64,000 nt of DNA from Acidobacteriota bacterium (GCA_965219005.1 CBDCMS010000004.1:815736-879735); one strand, 5' to 3'. Positions 29,379 through 40,437 are shown, counted from the stretch's first letter. Program-made: numbers and translations. The notes: a model not told the origin generated them from the sequence alone.

Positions 29379-31004
29379 ATGACCGGAACGTCTGACTGCC
29401 CCAAGTGTGGTGCCCGATTACCTGGAGATGCGCCCGCCGGACTATGCCCGAGATGCCTGGTTGAAGCAGGAAAGGAGAGTGAGCGTGGAGCGGAAGCAGC
29501 GACTGCGCTGCCCAGTCGAGGGGCTTCTCCGAGAAGTGGACTGGGCTCCCGATTCGAGCCACCTGCGGTCGACGAACTGGCGCCCCTGTTTCCTCAACTC
29601 GAAATCCTTGAACTTCTGGGGACAGGCGGGATGGGTGCTGTCTACAAGGCCCGGCAGCCTGGACTTGATCGCCTTGTGGCCGTGAAGATCCTACCTCGGG
29701 AAATCGGCGATGATCCTGCGTTCGCCCAACGGTTTACACGGGAGGCTCAAGCGATGGCCCAGCTGAGCCACCCTCACATCGTCTCTGTGTACGATTTCGG
29801 CAATACGGATGGGACCTTTTACATTGTCATGGAGTACGTCGACGGGCCGAACCTGCGGCAGATGATTCGGGCGGGTAAGCTCCAGCCCGAGCAGGCTTTG
29901 GCCATCGTGCCTCAAATCTGTGAGGCTCTGCAATATGCCCACGACGAGGGCATAGTCCATCGGGATATCAAGCCGGAGAACCTACTGCTGGACAAGAAAG
30001 GCCGGCTGAAAATCGCCGACTTCGGTTTGTCGAAGCTTCTGCGTGAAGATCGGCAGGAAGTCTCCCTTACTGGTACCCACCAGGTGATGGGGACGCTCCG
30101 CTACATGGCACCCGAACAGATGCAAGGATCGAGTGCGGTCGATCACCGGGCGGACATTTATTCACTAGGGGTTGTGTTCTACGAGATGCTGACGGGCCAG
30201 TTACCGATCGGCCGATTCGAACCACCGTCGAAAAAAGTGCAGGTGGACGTCCGGTTGGATGAAGTCGTTCTGCGGTCTTTGGAATCGGCACCCGACCGGC
30301 GCTATCAGCACGCCAGCGACGTGAAGACCGACGTCGAATCGATCGTGGGCGCCAGCGACACCCGACTCCCGCCCGCAAAACCGGTCACGGTAGAGTTGGA
30401 GTCATCGGTCCGCCGTCGACTGAAGATCCCGGCAATCGGAATGCTGGTTGCTGGCATCGTGAACCTGCTCGCAACACTGGTGGTTCTTCTGATCCCCGTT
30501 TTGGTTAAGGCTTCAGGAGGTTTCGCTGACGGTTTAGAAGGTTTCGTTGAGGGTTCAGGAACTTTCGCCAAGGCGGTTTTCCTAAGCGTCATAGTCGCGT
30601 TTTTGAGTTTGGTGTCGGGCATCATTCTGGTGCTCGGCGCGGCCAGAATGTTTGACCTGCAGTCCTATCCAATCGCGCTGATCGCGGCCGTGGTAGCGAT
30701 CTTGCCACTCGCCTTTGGATTCCCGATCAGCCTGCCGTTCGGCATTTGGGCGCTGATTGTGGTGTTGAGGCGCGACGTGAGGACCGCGTTTGCCGGGGAA
30801 TCTGAACGGGAACAAATGATGAAGGAATCGGCTTCGGCGGTCGGCGGGACGATGGTAGTTGGCCTCACGGCTGGCCTCGCGGTGGGATTGGCTCTGGGCA
30901 CAGCGATGGACAACATTCCGCTCTACATGACTCTTGGGATCGCCCTCGGTTTTCTGTTCGGCTGGGGTATCGACATAAACAACCGCCGAAAATCCAAAGA
31001 CTGA
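29379..31004 (+). CDS. Membrane-anchored Hanks-type Ser/Thr kinase with N-terminal zinc ribbon
   Basis: CPKC...CPRC, LGTGGMGAVY, VAVK, HRDIKPEN, IADFG, YMAPEQ; C-terminal TM helices; GGAGG RBS before ATG 29379. Confidence 0.92.
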   Translation: MTGTSDCPKCGARLPGDAPAGLCPRCLVEAGKESERGAEAATALPSRGASPRSGLGSRFEPPAVDELAPLFPQLEILELLGTGGMGAVYKARQPGLDRLVAVKILPREIGDDPAFAQRFTREAQAMAQLSHPHIVSVYDFGNTDGTFYIVMEYVDGPNLRQMIRAGKLQPEQALAIVPQICEALQYAHDEGIVHRDIKPENLLLDKKGRLKIADFGLSKLLREDRQEVSLTGTHQVMGTLRYMAPEQMQGSSAVDHRADIYSLGVVFYEMLTGQLPIGRFEPPSKKVQVDVRLDEVVLRSLESAPDRRYQHASDVKTDVESIVGASDTRLPPAKPVTVELESSVRRRLKIPAIGMLVAGIVNLLATLVVLLIPVLVKASGGFADGLEGFVEGSGTFAKAVFLSVIVAFLSLVSGIILVLGAARMFDLQSYPIALIAAVVAILPLAFGFPISLPFGIWALIVVLRRDVRTAFAGESEREQMMKESASAVGGTMVVGLTAGLAVGLALGTAMDNIPLYMTLGIALGFLFGWGIDINNRRKSKD

Positions 31005-31129
31005 CGCCAGCAACACTCCAGCCGTCGAAATTGTGAGATCAATGACACAAGTTCTGACAGCCGTTCGAACTGTGCGAGGGAAGAGTAACACAAGCACCAC
31101 GAAAGGACAGACATGTTCATAATCAAGTG

Positions 31130-31300
31130 GGGCAGCCCGGTTTCATGGGCCTCTATACTACACCGCCGTTCCATTTGATCGCTCCTGACCGGCTGCTTCC
31201 GCCTAAAATCGGTCATTCTGGTTTTGCTCGCGGGGAGATCGGAGGCTTCGGTATGGGATCCGATCTCACCTGGAATGCCGAAGCATGGCTGGGCTTCACT
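31130..31300 (+). pseudogene. Fragment of an outer-membrane beta-barrel gene
   Basis: ARGEIGGFGMGSDLTWNAEAWLGF resembles a recurring bacterial porin-like segment; no start or full ORF. Confidence 0.3.
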
Positions 31301-31589
31301 CGACGGAGTTATTGTCAAATGTTATATACAGCGGATCGCATCCACGGGATATTAGGTCCTGTCCCGGGGGTGTCAGGGGCCACAGGACCGTACCCGTACC
31401 GGCTTCCAGGGAAGCCCTAAGCACCTACCTACCGGACGTGCATCAGAGGGTGGGTGGGGCTTCTCTCGCTGGGATGTTGGGAAGCCGATGCCAACGACAT
31501 AAAGCCGCCCATTTTCGATCGCAAAGCTTCTTCCTGGCCACAAAAGGACCACCTGAAAGCAGTTCATCATCGTCTCCGTGACCGGGCTT

Positions 31590-32945
31590 TTATCGAGTGG
31601 CGGGAGGTGACTTGTGCCCGCTAAGTAGAGCTGTGTGCCCAACTCGGGGAAAAGCTCTCGGGTCAAGTCGATTGACAATGAACTGGAACTTTTCCCGGTC
31701 GCGCACTGGAACCTGGTCCACCAGAGTCACCTGGATGATCATCTGCTGTCCCAGCTTGCGCTTCAACCCGCGTACAAGATCCCTTCCGACCCTGTTTTCA
31801 TAGTCGGAAGCCGGAACCAGATAGACATCCACCCTTTCTGGCTGGGATTGTACCAGCTGTGCGAAACGAATTCCGCTGAACTCGACCAGGTTCATGCGCA
31901 GACCCGAGACCCAGTTGCCGCGAGTGTCCAGGAGATAGTCGGCTCGTAGGCCCGAAAAACTCTCAACCAATGGAAGCGTTCTTCCGCAGGAACAGACCCG
32001 GTCCGAAGCCACGGCCGTATCCCCGGTGTCGTAGCGCAGCAGGGGGAATGCCTTGTTGTGTAGTCCCGTGGCGACGACACGTCCTTCCTCTCCTGGTTTC
32101 GCGGCTTCCCCGTCGGGTCGGAGAATCTCCACCACTCCATATTCCACGTTCACGTGGTAGCCGCCCTCGAGACACTGCGTAATCAGGGCATTATGTTCCT
32201 TGAGTCCATAGCTATTGCAGACCGTGACGCCCGAAAAAGCCTCGATGAACTCTCTCTGGCGCGGCAGCAACGGCTCTGAACAGCTCACCACTGCCTTGGG
32301 TTTCAAGTCCTGGATGCCCGCCTCTTCCAGGCCCTTGCAGAAGGTATAAATTGCAAGCGGGTGGCCTCTCCAGAGCACCGGTCCGAATCGTCGTACCAAC
32401 CGTGCCAGGTCTTCGACGCGTGCTGCCACGATCCCATCGGTCGACACCGCAAGAGTTCGGCAGCCAGCGTGCCATTCGTAACCTCGAGGGTTGTCTATCA
32501 ATCTGCTGCGGAGATCCAAGATGGTCTGTCCCAGTCGATAGCCGGGCCAAGACATGTGGCGCCACTGACAGGTCAGTTCGATGACATTGGACCCGCTGTC
32601 CCAATAGACAATACGGGGAGAACCAGTACTGCCGGAGGTGCGGATGGGACGGGGACTGTATCGCTTGAAGTCTCGGGCCTTGAACTCATCCAGGTATTTC
32701 GAAACCGTGTCCTTGTTCAGGATCGGTATCACGGAGAGATCTTCCAGCCGCTCAAATCTCAGGGAGTCCAGATGGATCTCGTAGTAGGGGACTTTGCGAC
32801 TGCAGTGCTTCAGCATTCGGGAGAGAAGATGCCACTGCAGGGACTTCAGTCGCCGAGGTGTATAGTATTGGCTGCGCCAGAGAGTGTGTCGCCAGTAGGC
32901 CAGGCCGAGAGGGTGCAGGTATTCGGTTGGATAGAACTTCATCAT
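31590..32945 (-). CDS. Phenylacetate-CoA ligase/CapK family adenylate-forming protein
   Basis: RTSGSTGSP, SYGLKE, LLRYDTGD, CSCGRTLP...GLRADY. Confidence 0.87.
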   Translation of the reverse strand: MMKFYPTEYLHPLGLAYWRHTLWRSQYYTPRRLKSLQWHLLSRMLKHCSRKVPYYEIHLDSLRFERLEDLSVIPILNKDTVSKYLDEFKARDFKRYSPRPIRTSGSTGSPRIVYWDSGSNVIELTCQWRHMSWPGYRLGQTILDLRSRLIDNPRGYEWHAGCRTLAVSTDGIVAARVEDLARLVRRFGPVLWRGHPLAIYTFCKGLEEAGIQDLKPKAVVSCSEPLLPRQREFIEAFSGVTVCNSYGLKEHNALITQCLEGGYHVNVEYGVVEILRPDGEAAKPGEEGRVVATGLHNKAFPLLRYDTGDTAVASDRVCSCGRTLPLVESFSGLRADYLLDTRGNWVSGLRMNLVEFSGIRFAQLVQSQPERVDVYLVPASDYENRVGRDLVRGLKRKLGQQMIIQVTLVDQVPVRDREKFQFIVNRLDPRAFPRVGHTALLSGHKSPPATR

Positions 32946-33512
32946 GGCAGAGCACTACTCTACGCCAACACAATGATCTCTGTCCTCAATTCGGTCTCGG
33001 TCCGCAGTCGAATCCGGCGATCCTGGACCGCGGCCAGCGGTATGGTATCTCTTGGGATTCAGTCTGCCTGACCGCCACGAGCTGACTGGTCCTGCCGAAT
33101 CCTTCGCTTTGCCGATACGGTTGGCAGACTACCGTGGATATCTACAACGACACAGGAGAGACCGTAACGTATAAGATCTGGAATCATCTCTGGAGCGGCC
33201 ATCATGGTGATGAATCAGACTGTGAACTAGATTGTCTAGCGACACATATCGCACCGAAATTTTGGACGATCAGGATAATGAAGCGATAGACGCCTTCAGG
33301 GGCCATATCGTGAACGAAGATGCATTTTCTGACCACGACAGTGCTATCTCCGTAGAAGTGACCAGCCCATCTCCCATTCCTTCCGGAACCACTTTCGCGG
33401 GCACTCTCACTCCCAACAGTAGCGGTACGGATTCTTGCTGTGGCGGGGAAGGTTGCTCCGGGTCTTCGAGTTGTCCATAGAAACTGCCTTTTCCCGCCTC
33501 AAGCAATGGGCT

Positions 33513-34860
33513 TCACGAGATTCCTTTTCGAACCATCAGGAAGGCGGCTAAATAGCATCCTGAGCCAATCCAAGAACCTGCCGAAATACCAGCTGTTAAG
33601 GAAATAAGTGCACCTGCCACCGAAGCAAGAGTTGAGAAGGCTGCGTTGATTGACCAGAGCCAGGGTGTGATTCTTGGATTATGCGCCGTCGCGAATCTGA
33701 TGCCTGCCGGCAAGGGCATACCCATAACAACCGCAGGTAAACTTATGGCGGCGATTGCAATCAATACGCGGACCGGGCTACTCGACGCCTGGAAGTGCTC
33801 AACTAGGCCCGGCGTTAGAGCACCCAGCAAGGCGATCCCAATCGCAGCGGAACAAAGCAGTTTCCTGACAAAGCCATAGATGTCATCGATTCTTCTTGTG
33901 AGATAGCTCCCAAACCCAGCTGATAGCAACAGAACGAACAATACGACTGAAAGAGCGTACGTCGGATGACCGAGTAGCACGAGCATCCGTTGGACTAGAG
34001 CAACCTCTACAAACATGAAACCGAGGCCGATAGCCGCGAAATAAGTGAGCAGCCTGGCGTAAGCAAACCGGAAGATGCTAGCCCTTTTCAGCCGCAAGGG
34101 TAGTATGACGCAGACTGCCACCAGTACAACTACCGTCAAAAGCAGTGACGTCAGGATGAATACAGGACTGGTTCTGTCGACGTAATCAATCAGGCGTGCC
34201 GTGTTGAAGAAAAACGGTCTATCGTCCGTCGGTGGACTTATGTCTTTTGGGTAGCGATTTACAAACTGCGATGACATCTGAAGGGAAATGATTTCATGGA
34301 GATTGCTATCAGCAACTACGTTGGGCGACAGCAACACTTCAAAGCCCAGCCGATTTGTAAGCTGGGTTAGTGTGGACAGGTCCCTCGAAGTCAAGGGCTC
34401 GTTACTGAGTAGCAAGTTTGCAATGCCATCCGGGCCGTCCTCATTGGGACTCGAATTCTGAGATCGGACAATTGCAAGATGTTGTTTTGGACTAGTGATT
34501 CTGGCCTGAGAGATCACAGCGTGAGCCAGGGATGCCAAGCGGTAGATCTCGAGTGGTTCGCTTTCTACGTAATACCTGGATACACTCAAGAAGCCTCCCG
34601 GCCTCAAGCGCTTCATAAGCGTCTCCCAGGCTTCAACTGTATAGAGTGTGTTCTCCGTCAGACAAAAAGCACCAGCGGCGGTTGCGGCCCAAGTATCGGT
34701 AAGAGACATTTGGATAATGTCGAAAAGCTCCTCGGTTCGGGCTGCATAACTCCTCGCCTCATCGTTGACAAGAGTCACTCTTGGATCGAGGTCAAAGCGT
34801 CCAGAGAATTGACCAAAAGAGTCGGTGACCGCCTCAACTATGCTGGTGTTAACCTCAGCT
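33513..34860 (-). pseudogene. 5'-truncated spermidine-synthase-like SAM-binding membrane protein
   Basis: AEVNTSIVE, DEARSY, FDIIQMSLTDTWAA, LYTVEA, PPTDDRPFF, YFAAIGLGFMFVE; N-terminal half missing; visibly more AT-rich than neighbours. Confidence 0.75.
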
Positions 34861-35124
34861 GCCGTCGGGCAGGGCGAACATGGGGCATGGGTCGTGGGCC
34901 TGCTCAGGGCCGTCAAGCTCGCCCGTGGCTTTCCCCATCAGTTCCAGGCATCCGCGCTTCTCCCGGATGGCACTCAGGGCGAGGCGCATGTCGCCGTTGG
35001 CCACACTCTCGGCATAGATGGTGTCGGTCCGAGCCAGCAGTGCCTCGACCTCCCCCAGCAGGCTGTCGGCTCGGACAATCTCCTCGGCTTCGGACGCCTT
35101 GACCAGTGCCTTCAGCCGTGCCAC
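34855..35124 (-). pseudogene. Fragment of a phage/integrative-element helical protein
   Basis: LVKASEAEEIVRADSLL...GDMRLALSAIREKRGCLELMGKATGELD resembles a family I associate with integrated elements (recognition only); no RBS. Confidence 0.4.
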
Positions 35125-35137
35125 AAGGGTTTTCGCG

Positions 35138-38100
35138 TCAGAAGGAGAACTTCAGGGCAAGCTGAATCTGTCGTGCAGCCAACGCTTTTCCCAGGACTCC
35201 GAAGCCACCGGTTCCGTATTGGAGGGTCTGATGACGATTGGTGATCAGGAAGTTGGCGCGATTGGTGGCGTTGAAGGCCTCCAGTCGAACCTCCAGCCTT
35301 CGCCCTTCCCCCAGCAGGAAGGTCCGCCTCAGTGAAATATCCAGATTGAACAGCCCCGGGCCTTCCACGGCTCCCCTACCTGCGTTTCCGTATTGAAACG
35401 GTGGCGGCAGGACGAAGGCAGTCGTGTCAAACCATCGGGCCGCTGTCCTTTGAGCATTGGGCAGGTTGGCATCCCGGAGCCGGTCCGGCCACTGGGAGGT
35501 TTCAGACCCAGCATCGACAGGATCACCAGGCAGCGTCACAGTGCGCCAACCGCCGTCCTGGAAATTGGAGATGGCCCGGATGGACCAGCCCTCCAGCAGG
35601 CGAGAGGCGACGCCCTGACGAACCAGGGCCCTGGTCGGTCCAAAGGGCAGATCGAAGCCACCCGAGAGCATCACGTGCATGGGTACATGGAAGTCGGCCA
35701 CTCCCCGGGTCGCCTCCAGAGGCAGGTTGCGGGATCGGAATGTCCGGAGACTCTGGAAGCCCGTCGTCCCGCCTCCGGTCTGGATGAGTCGGGACCAGCT
35801 GAGGGAGGCCAGCAGGTAGAGGCCCTCGGGCCCGGCGGCCTTTTCCAGCTGAAGATGCATGCCCTGGTACCACGAATCCGCGTCCGCCATGGGGAAGTAG
35901 ATGGCCTGAAGATGGGGCAGAGGGCGTCGAAGTTGACGGTCCTCGGTCCCTGGAACGGCGTCGTTGAGGGAGACCGTCTCGATTCGGTGGGTGGAGCGGG
36001 AACCGTGATAGCCCCCATCCAGGAGCCACCGGCTGCTGAGTTCGTGCTGCAGGCTGAGACCCCAGGAGTGGGTTCTCGACAGCGGCAGGGGTGTCTCCAT
36101 TCCGAAATGGTCGGGAACGGCTTCACCCAGTCCATCCTCGGGAAAGGGCGTGGACAGGAAGAGGGACGGTGTATCGAGGGCACTGTTGAAGGTGGGGCGC
36201 TCCGCCCCGGGACGGGGATTACGGCTCAATCGCAGCACGTTGTTGAGGTCCGGTTCGTTGGAGTGGATGCCATATCCCGCACGCACCACTGTCTTGTCGG
36301 CCAGTCGGAGGGAAAGGCCGAGGCGCGGCAGGAACCCCTCCAACTGGTTCCAGCGCACCAGGGGATAGTCGGGCAGGAAACGGCCTGTTTCACCGGGTTT
36401 CAACTCCAGATCCTGCAGCGGAGGAAAGACCTGCCCCGTCGCCGGGTCCAGGTTGGACATGAATCCCCGCTTGTCCTTCCAGGGGAGCCGCAGCTCGTAG
36501 CGAAACCCCAGGTTCAGCGTCAGGCTTGGACTGGCTTTCCAGCTGTCCTGGAAGTACACGTAGTAGCTGTCCTGATGAAATCTGCCCCGGGAATCCTCTC
36601 CTCCAAGGTGGCTCTGGACCAGAGAACCCAGGAGAAAATCGGCGAATCCGTTGCCCGAGTAGCGATCGAAGAACGTGAATCGACTACGCCGCTCGGTCAC
36701 GTAGTGGTTGTAGTGTCTGCGGTAGTGGAGGCCGATCTTCAAAGCATGATCCCCCTGCAGGAGGGAGAGATCGTTCTTGACCTGCCAGTTGCCCAGGGAG
36801 GATGGGCCCAGGTAGGGGTAATCCCCGATCCCGGTGTAGCCCTGGACCTCCACCGCTGGGATTCCAGTCCGATCCACCTCGCTCTCCAGCAGCTCCGGGA
36901 TGCCGAGATCCTCCACCCCCCGACTCGGAGGCCGTGCGGTCTCGTAGGGTCTGCGGAACCAGTGGAAGCTGGCAACGTTTTGGGCCTTGGCCCCCAGGCT
37001 CCTGTCATAGGACAGAACCTGCCCCCAGGTGCTCATGGGGTGGCGCGCAGAGAAGGTGCTGAAGGGTCGGGTCGAAGTCCAGTGGTTGGAGTCCCAGACG
37101 AAGCGGCCGGCCCAACGGCTCACGTCCGAGGTCTTCAGGTCGACACGAGCGATGACCTGGGGATTGTCCACAGGACTTCTGGAATCGGGACTCGTGAAGT
37201 TCAGGGCGCCTGAAGTGTTGGGTTCGGGCCAGTAGGGGAGCAGCTTCGAGGCCACCGGATCCACGCGGCTCGGGGGGATCTGGTTTCCGGGGAAAGGCTT
37301 TCCAGTCAGCGGATCCACAATTGGTTCGGAGAACTGTCCCCGCTTCTCCTCCAGGGTGGGGACGACTGCCGTCAGGGGCTTGGTCTCCCGAACGGATCGC
37401 AGCTGGTAGGAGCAGAAGAACCAGGCCTTGTCTCGGCTGCCCAACAGACCCGGAATCACCAGAGGTCCTCCCAGCGTCGCTCCCAGTTGGTTGCGTTTGA
37501 ATTCCGCCTTCTCCTGTTCGAAGAAATTCCGGGCATCCAGGTTGTCGTTGCGGTGGAACCAGAAGAGATTGCCATGGAGATCGTTGCTTCCGCTCTTGGT
37601 CACCGCGACGATCTGCCCACCTGGTCGGATACCGTACTCCGGCGAGTAGTGGCCCGTCTTGACATCGAACTCCCGGATGGCATCCGGGCTGGCCTGGAAG
37701 GAGGCGCCGCCGTCTCCGTGGGTGAAAAGCGTGCCGTCGATATAGGTCAGATTGTCCCGACTCCTCATACCCAGCACCTTGACGGTGCGGCTTCGGCTCT
37801 CGCTGCTGGGCGTCGCCCCCGCCGCCAGACCGGCCAGTTGACCCACGTCTCGGGTGTTGACCGGGAGGCTCTCCAGTTTTTCCTGATCGATGACCTGACC
37901 CCGGTCCTGTCGGCTGGCTCCCGAGAAGACGGACCGGCTCCTGGTCGTCTGAGTGACCCCGGCACCTCCTCCAGAGAGGCGAAAGTCCTCCTGGCAAATC
38001 TGGCCCACCATCAGTCGAACGTGGGTACGCAGCTGGGTGCGGTATCCCGGCAACGATGCCCGGATCTCGTAGCTGCCCGGGGCCAGGCCGCTTCGCCGAT

Positions 38101-38332
38101 AGTCTCCTTTTGCATTCGTCAACAACAGGAAGCCTTCATTGGTTTCGACCCGGTGGATCGTGACCTCCACGCCAGGAACAGGCTGGCCCAGATCGTCACG
38201 AATGCTGCCCAGGAGGGTTCCCGTACCCATCTGAGCGGGGAGCCGGTGGGAAAGACAGGCCAGGAGTGCCAGCAATGCCAGCCCTGCACCGACCCAGACT
38301 CTTCGATCACGAGGATTTCGCTGAAACCACAT
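35138..38332 (-). CDS. TonB-dependent receptor with N-terminal carboxypeptidase-regulatory-like domain (Oar/Acidobacteria type)
   Basis: Signal peptide, GSIRDDLGQPVPGV, TKSGSNDLHG, RNDNLDARNFF, YFQDSWK..LTLNLGFRYE, terminal RQIQLALKFSF. Confidence 0.92.
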   Translation of the reverse strand: MWFQRNPRDRRVWVGAGLALLALLACLSHRLPAQMGTGTLLGSIRDDLGQPVPGVEVTIHRVETNEGFLLLTNAKGDYRRSGLAPGSYEIRASLPGYRTQLRTHVRLMVGQICQEDFRLSGGGAGVTQTTRSRSVFSGASRQDRGQVIDQEKLESLPVNTRDVGQLAGLAAGATPSSESRSRTVKVLGMRSRDNLTYIDGTLFTHGDGGASFQASPDAIREFDVKTGHYSPEYGIRPGGQIVAVTKSGSNDLHGNLFWFHRNDNLDARNFFEQEKAEFKRNQLGATLGGPLVIPGLLGSRDKAWFFCSYQLRSVRETKPLTAVVPTLEEKRGQFSEPIVDPLTGKPFPGNQIPPSRVDPVASKLLPYWPEPNTSGALNFTSPDSRSPVDNPQVIARVDLKTSDVSRWAGRFVWDSNHWTSTRPFSTFSARHPMSTWGQVLSYDRSLGAKAQNVASFHWFRRPYETARPPSRGVEDLGIPELLESEVDRTGIPAVEVQGYTGIGDYPYLGPSSLGNWQVKNDLSLLQGDHALKIGLHYRRHYNHYVTERRSRFTFFDRYSGNGFADFLLGSLVQSHLGGEDSRGRFHQDSYYVYFQDSWKASPSLTLNLGFRYELRLPWKDKRGFMSNLDPATGQVFPPLQDLELKPGETGRFLPDYPLVRWNQLEGFLPRLGLSLRLADKTVVRAGYGIHSNEPDLNNVLRLSRNPRPGAERPTFNSALDTPSLFLSTPFPEDGLGEAVPDHFGMETPLPLSRTHSWGLSLQHELSSRWLLDGGYHGSRSTHRIETVSLNDAVPGTEDRQLRRPLPHLQAIYFPMADADSWYQGMHLQLEKAAGPEGLYLLASLSWSRLIQTGGGTTGFQSLRTFRSRNLPLEATRGVADFHVPMHVMLSGGFDLPFGPTRALVRQGVASRLLEGWSIRAISNFQDGGWRTVTLPGDPVDAGSETSQWPDRLRDANLPNAQRTAARWFDTTAFVLPPPFQYGNAGRGAVEGPGLFNLDISLRRTFLLGEGRRLEVRLEAFNATNRANFLITNRHQTLQYGTGGFGVLGKALAARQIQLALKFSF

Positions 38333-38446
38333 TCAATGTGCCCCGATCCGTCGAGTCAGTCTACCACGCAGCCTGGGACTCTCCTCCATGCGGAGACCGT
38401 CCGTGGGCCGACCCGGGCGCCTCAAGTCCGGTAGGATTTTCACTAG

Positions 38447-38917
38447 AGCCGGGATGGGATCGAGTGGAAGAAGCCGTCACTGGGTCTATATGAGTTCCAG
38501 GGATCCAAGGACAACAACATCGTGGGACCGATCATGGGGATTCCCATCCTGGACACCAGGCCCGGGGTCGACCCCTCCCAGCGCTACAAGGCGGCAGGCG
38601 GGACCGGGGACTCGGGCGGCGAGTTCGTGACCCGGCCCCTGCGCTTCAGCGGCTCCGAGCTGTTCCTGAACTACTCGACCTCGGCCGCCGGCAGCATCCG
38701 GATCGAGATCCAGGACGAGGACGGACAGCCGATTCCGGGTTTCACGCTGGAGGAATCTCCCGTCCTCTTCGGGGATCACATCGAGAGGCCCGTCAAGTGG
38801 CAACGCCCCGGCACCTCCATCACGGATCCCATGAGATTGGACCGATTAGCGGAGAAGCCGGTGCGCCTTCGTTTCGTCCTGAAGGACGCCGATCTGTACT
38901 CTTTGCGGTTCAAGTAG
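38447..38917 (+). pseudogene. Beta-propeller GH-like gene with lost 5' end and a large in-frame internal deletion
   Basis: SRDGIEWKKPSLG...RYKAAGGTG is fused directly to DSGGEFVTRPL...VRLRFVLKDADLYSLRF; these segments are about 290 aa apart in the paralogue at 60315. Confidence 0.8.
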
Positions 38918-39006
38918 GAGAGGGCAAGGTAGCACGCCCCCTGGGCCCAGCATCCCTGGGGGAGTACCCGTTGCATCCGCCCCCGGGCTGTGTTCCCATT
39001 CGAGGC

Positions 39007-40437
39007 ATGGCTAAGAAAAGGACAAACCAGCGGAGAGACCGGACGAGCCGGCGGCGGTTCCTTGCAAGCGGCGTCTTGGCAGCTGGATCCGGGGCCGGCC
39101 TTTCACTTGCCCGTGCCAGCCCGGCTGCGCCATTGCGGTCTGCCACCCCATCCATAGCAACGTCGCCGGATCTGTCCGTCAGTCGAGTCGAAACGGTGAC
39201 GGTGGATGTCCCCTTCCGGGATGTGCCGGCCCGCAACATGATCCGGGAGCTGCCTCACTGGACCATCTTCGAGATCTGTAGGATTCAGCTTGAGTGTGGA
39301 GTCGAGGGTTTCGGTGAGACCATGGAGTTCTACACCTGGGGCAGGGTCTCGGAGAAGAATCTGAAGAGGGTCCAGGGGAGAAACGCCGCGGATTTGATGT
39401 GGGACGACTCCTTGGGGGCCGGTCTTCAGATGGCTTTGTTCGATGCCGTGGGCAAGGCCTGGGACGTCCCCTGCCATCGCCTGCTGGGACACCAGATCCG
39501 GGACCGGGCAGGGGTGAGTTGGTGGTCGATTGATATGCCGGGGGAGGACTGGGTCCTGGAGTGCGCCCAGGCTCAGCGCGAAGGATATCGCGCTTTCAAG
39601 ACAAAAGGCCGACCCTGGTTCGACCTGGACCACCAGCTGGCAACCCTGATCCCGACCCTTCCAGAGGACTTCGAGGTCGATATCGACTTCAACGGACTGC
39701 TGATGGATGCCAACCAGGGGGCCCCGCTGCTCAAGCGTGTCGAAAAGCATCCTCAGGTAGCAATCTATGAGACTCCGATTCCGCAGGGGGACATCGAGGG
39801 TAACCAGCGCCTGCGGGCGGCGACCCGTGTGCCGTTGGCCATGCACTACGGAAGTCCCAAGCCGGCGGTGGCCGTGCGGGACGAGGTTTGCGATGGTTTC
39901 GTGGTGGGGGGAGGCACCTCGGGTGTCCTACGAGCTGGTCACTTTGCAGAGGAGGCCGCCATGCCCTTCTGGCTCCAGTTGGTTGGGACCACTATCACGG
40001 CGACGTTCTCGCTCCATCTGGCCGCGGTATTGGGGCAGGCGGTTTGGCCAGCGGTGAACTGCCATCAGCTCTACACTCGAGCCATGGTGCGCCAGCCCAT
40101 GCGGGTCCGGGAGGGTACCGCACCCATTCCCGAGGGTCCCGGCCTGGGCGTGGATTTGGATGACGAGGCAGTGGAACAGCTGCGTGTAGACCCACCCAGA
40201 GACAAGCCCTACCCTGCTCCAGGACTGCTGATCGGGATCCGCTGGCACTCAGGGAAGACCAGTTACTACAGTCACACACGCCAGTACTGGGACGACTTCG
40301 GTGAGGGAAAGCTTCCCGTCTTTGAGCCTGGCGTGGAGCTGAGGCGGATCCCAGACGACGGGACGATCCAATGGAAAGATCTTCAGCAGCGAGCTCAGAG
40401 GGGCGGGGTGCACTCAAAAGAGACAATATTATGGTAA
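39007..40437 (+). CDS. Tat-exported mandelate racemase/muconate lactonizing enzyme (enolase superfamily)
   Basis: RRRFL signal, GFGE, MALFDAVGKAWDVP..LLG, KxK motif KTKGR, DFN, ETP. Confidence 0.88.
   Translation: MAKKRTNQRRDRTSRRRFLASGVLAAGSGAGLSLARASPAAPLRSATPSIATSPDLSVSRVETVTVDVPFRDVPARNMIRELPHWTIFEICRIQLECGVEGFGETMEFYTWGRVSEKNLKRVQGRNAADLMWDDSLGAGLQMALFDAVGKAWDVPCHRLLGHQIRDRAGVSWWSIDMPGEDWVLECAQAQREGYRAFKTKGRPWFDLDHQLATLIPTLPEDFEVDIDFNGLLMDANQGAPLLKRVEKHPQVAIYETPIPQGDIEGNQRLRAATRVPLAMHYGSPKPAVAVRDEVCDGFVVGGGTSGVLRAGHFAEEAAMPFWLQLVGTTITATFSLHLAAVLGQAVWPAVNCHQLYTRAMVRQPMRVREGTAPIPEGPGLGVDLDDEAVEQLRVDPPRDKPYPAPGLLIGIRWHSGKTSYYSHTRQYWDDFGEGKLPVFEPGVELRRIPDDGTIQWKDLQQRAQRGGVHSKETILW

Noticed and set aside
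33232-33480. Cys/Ser-rich RiPP precursor
   Set aside because: TTG start without an RBS and no radical SAM, LanM, YcaO or peptidase-transporter gene nearby; probably a spurious ORF.
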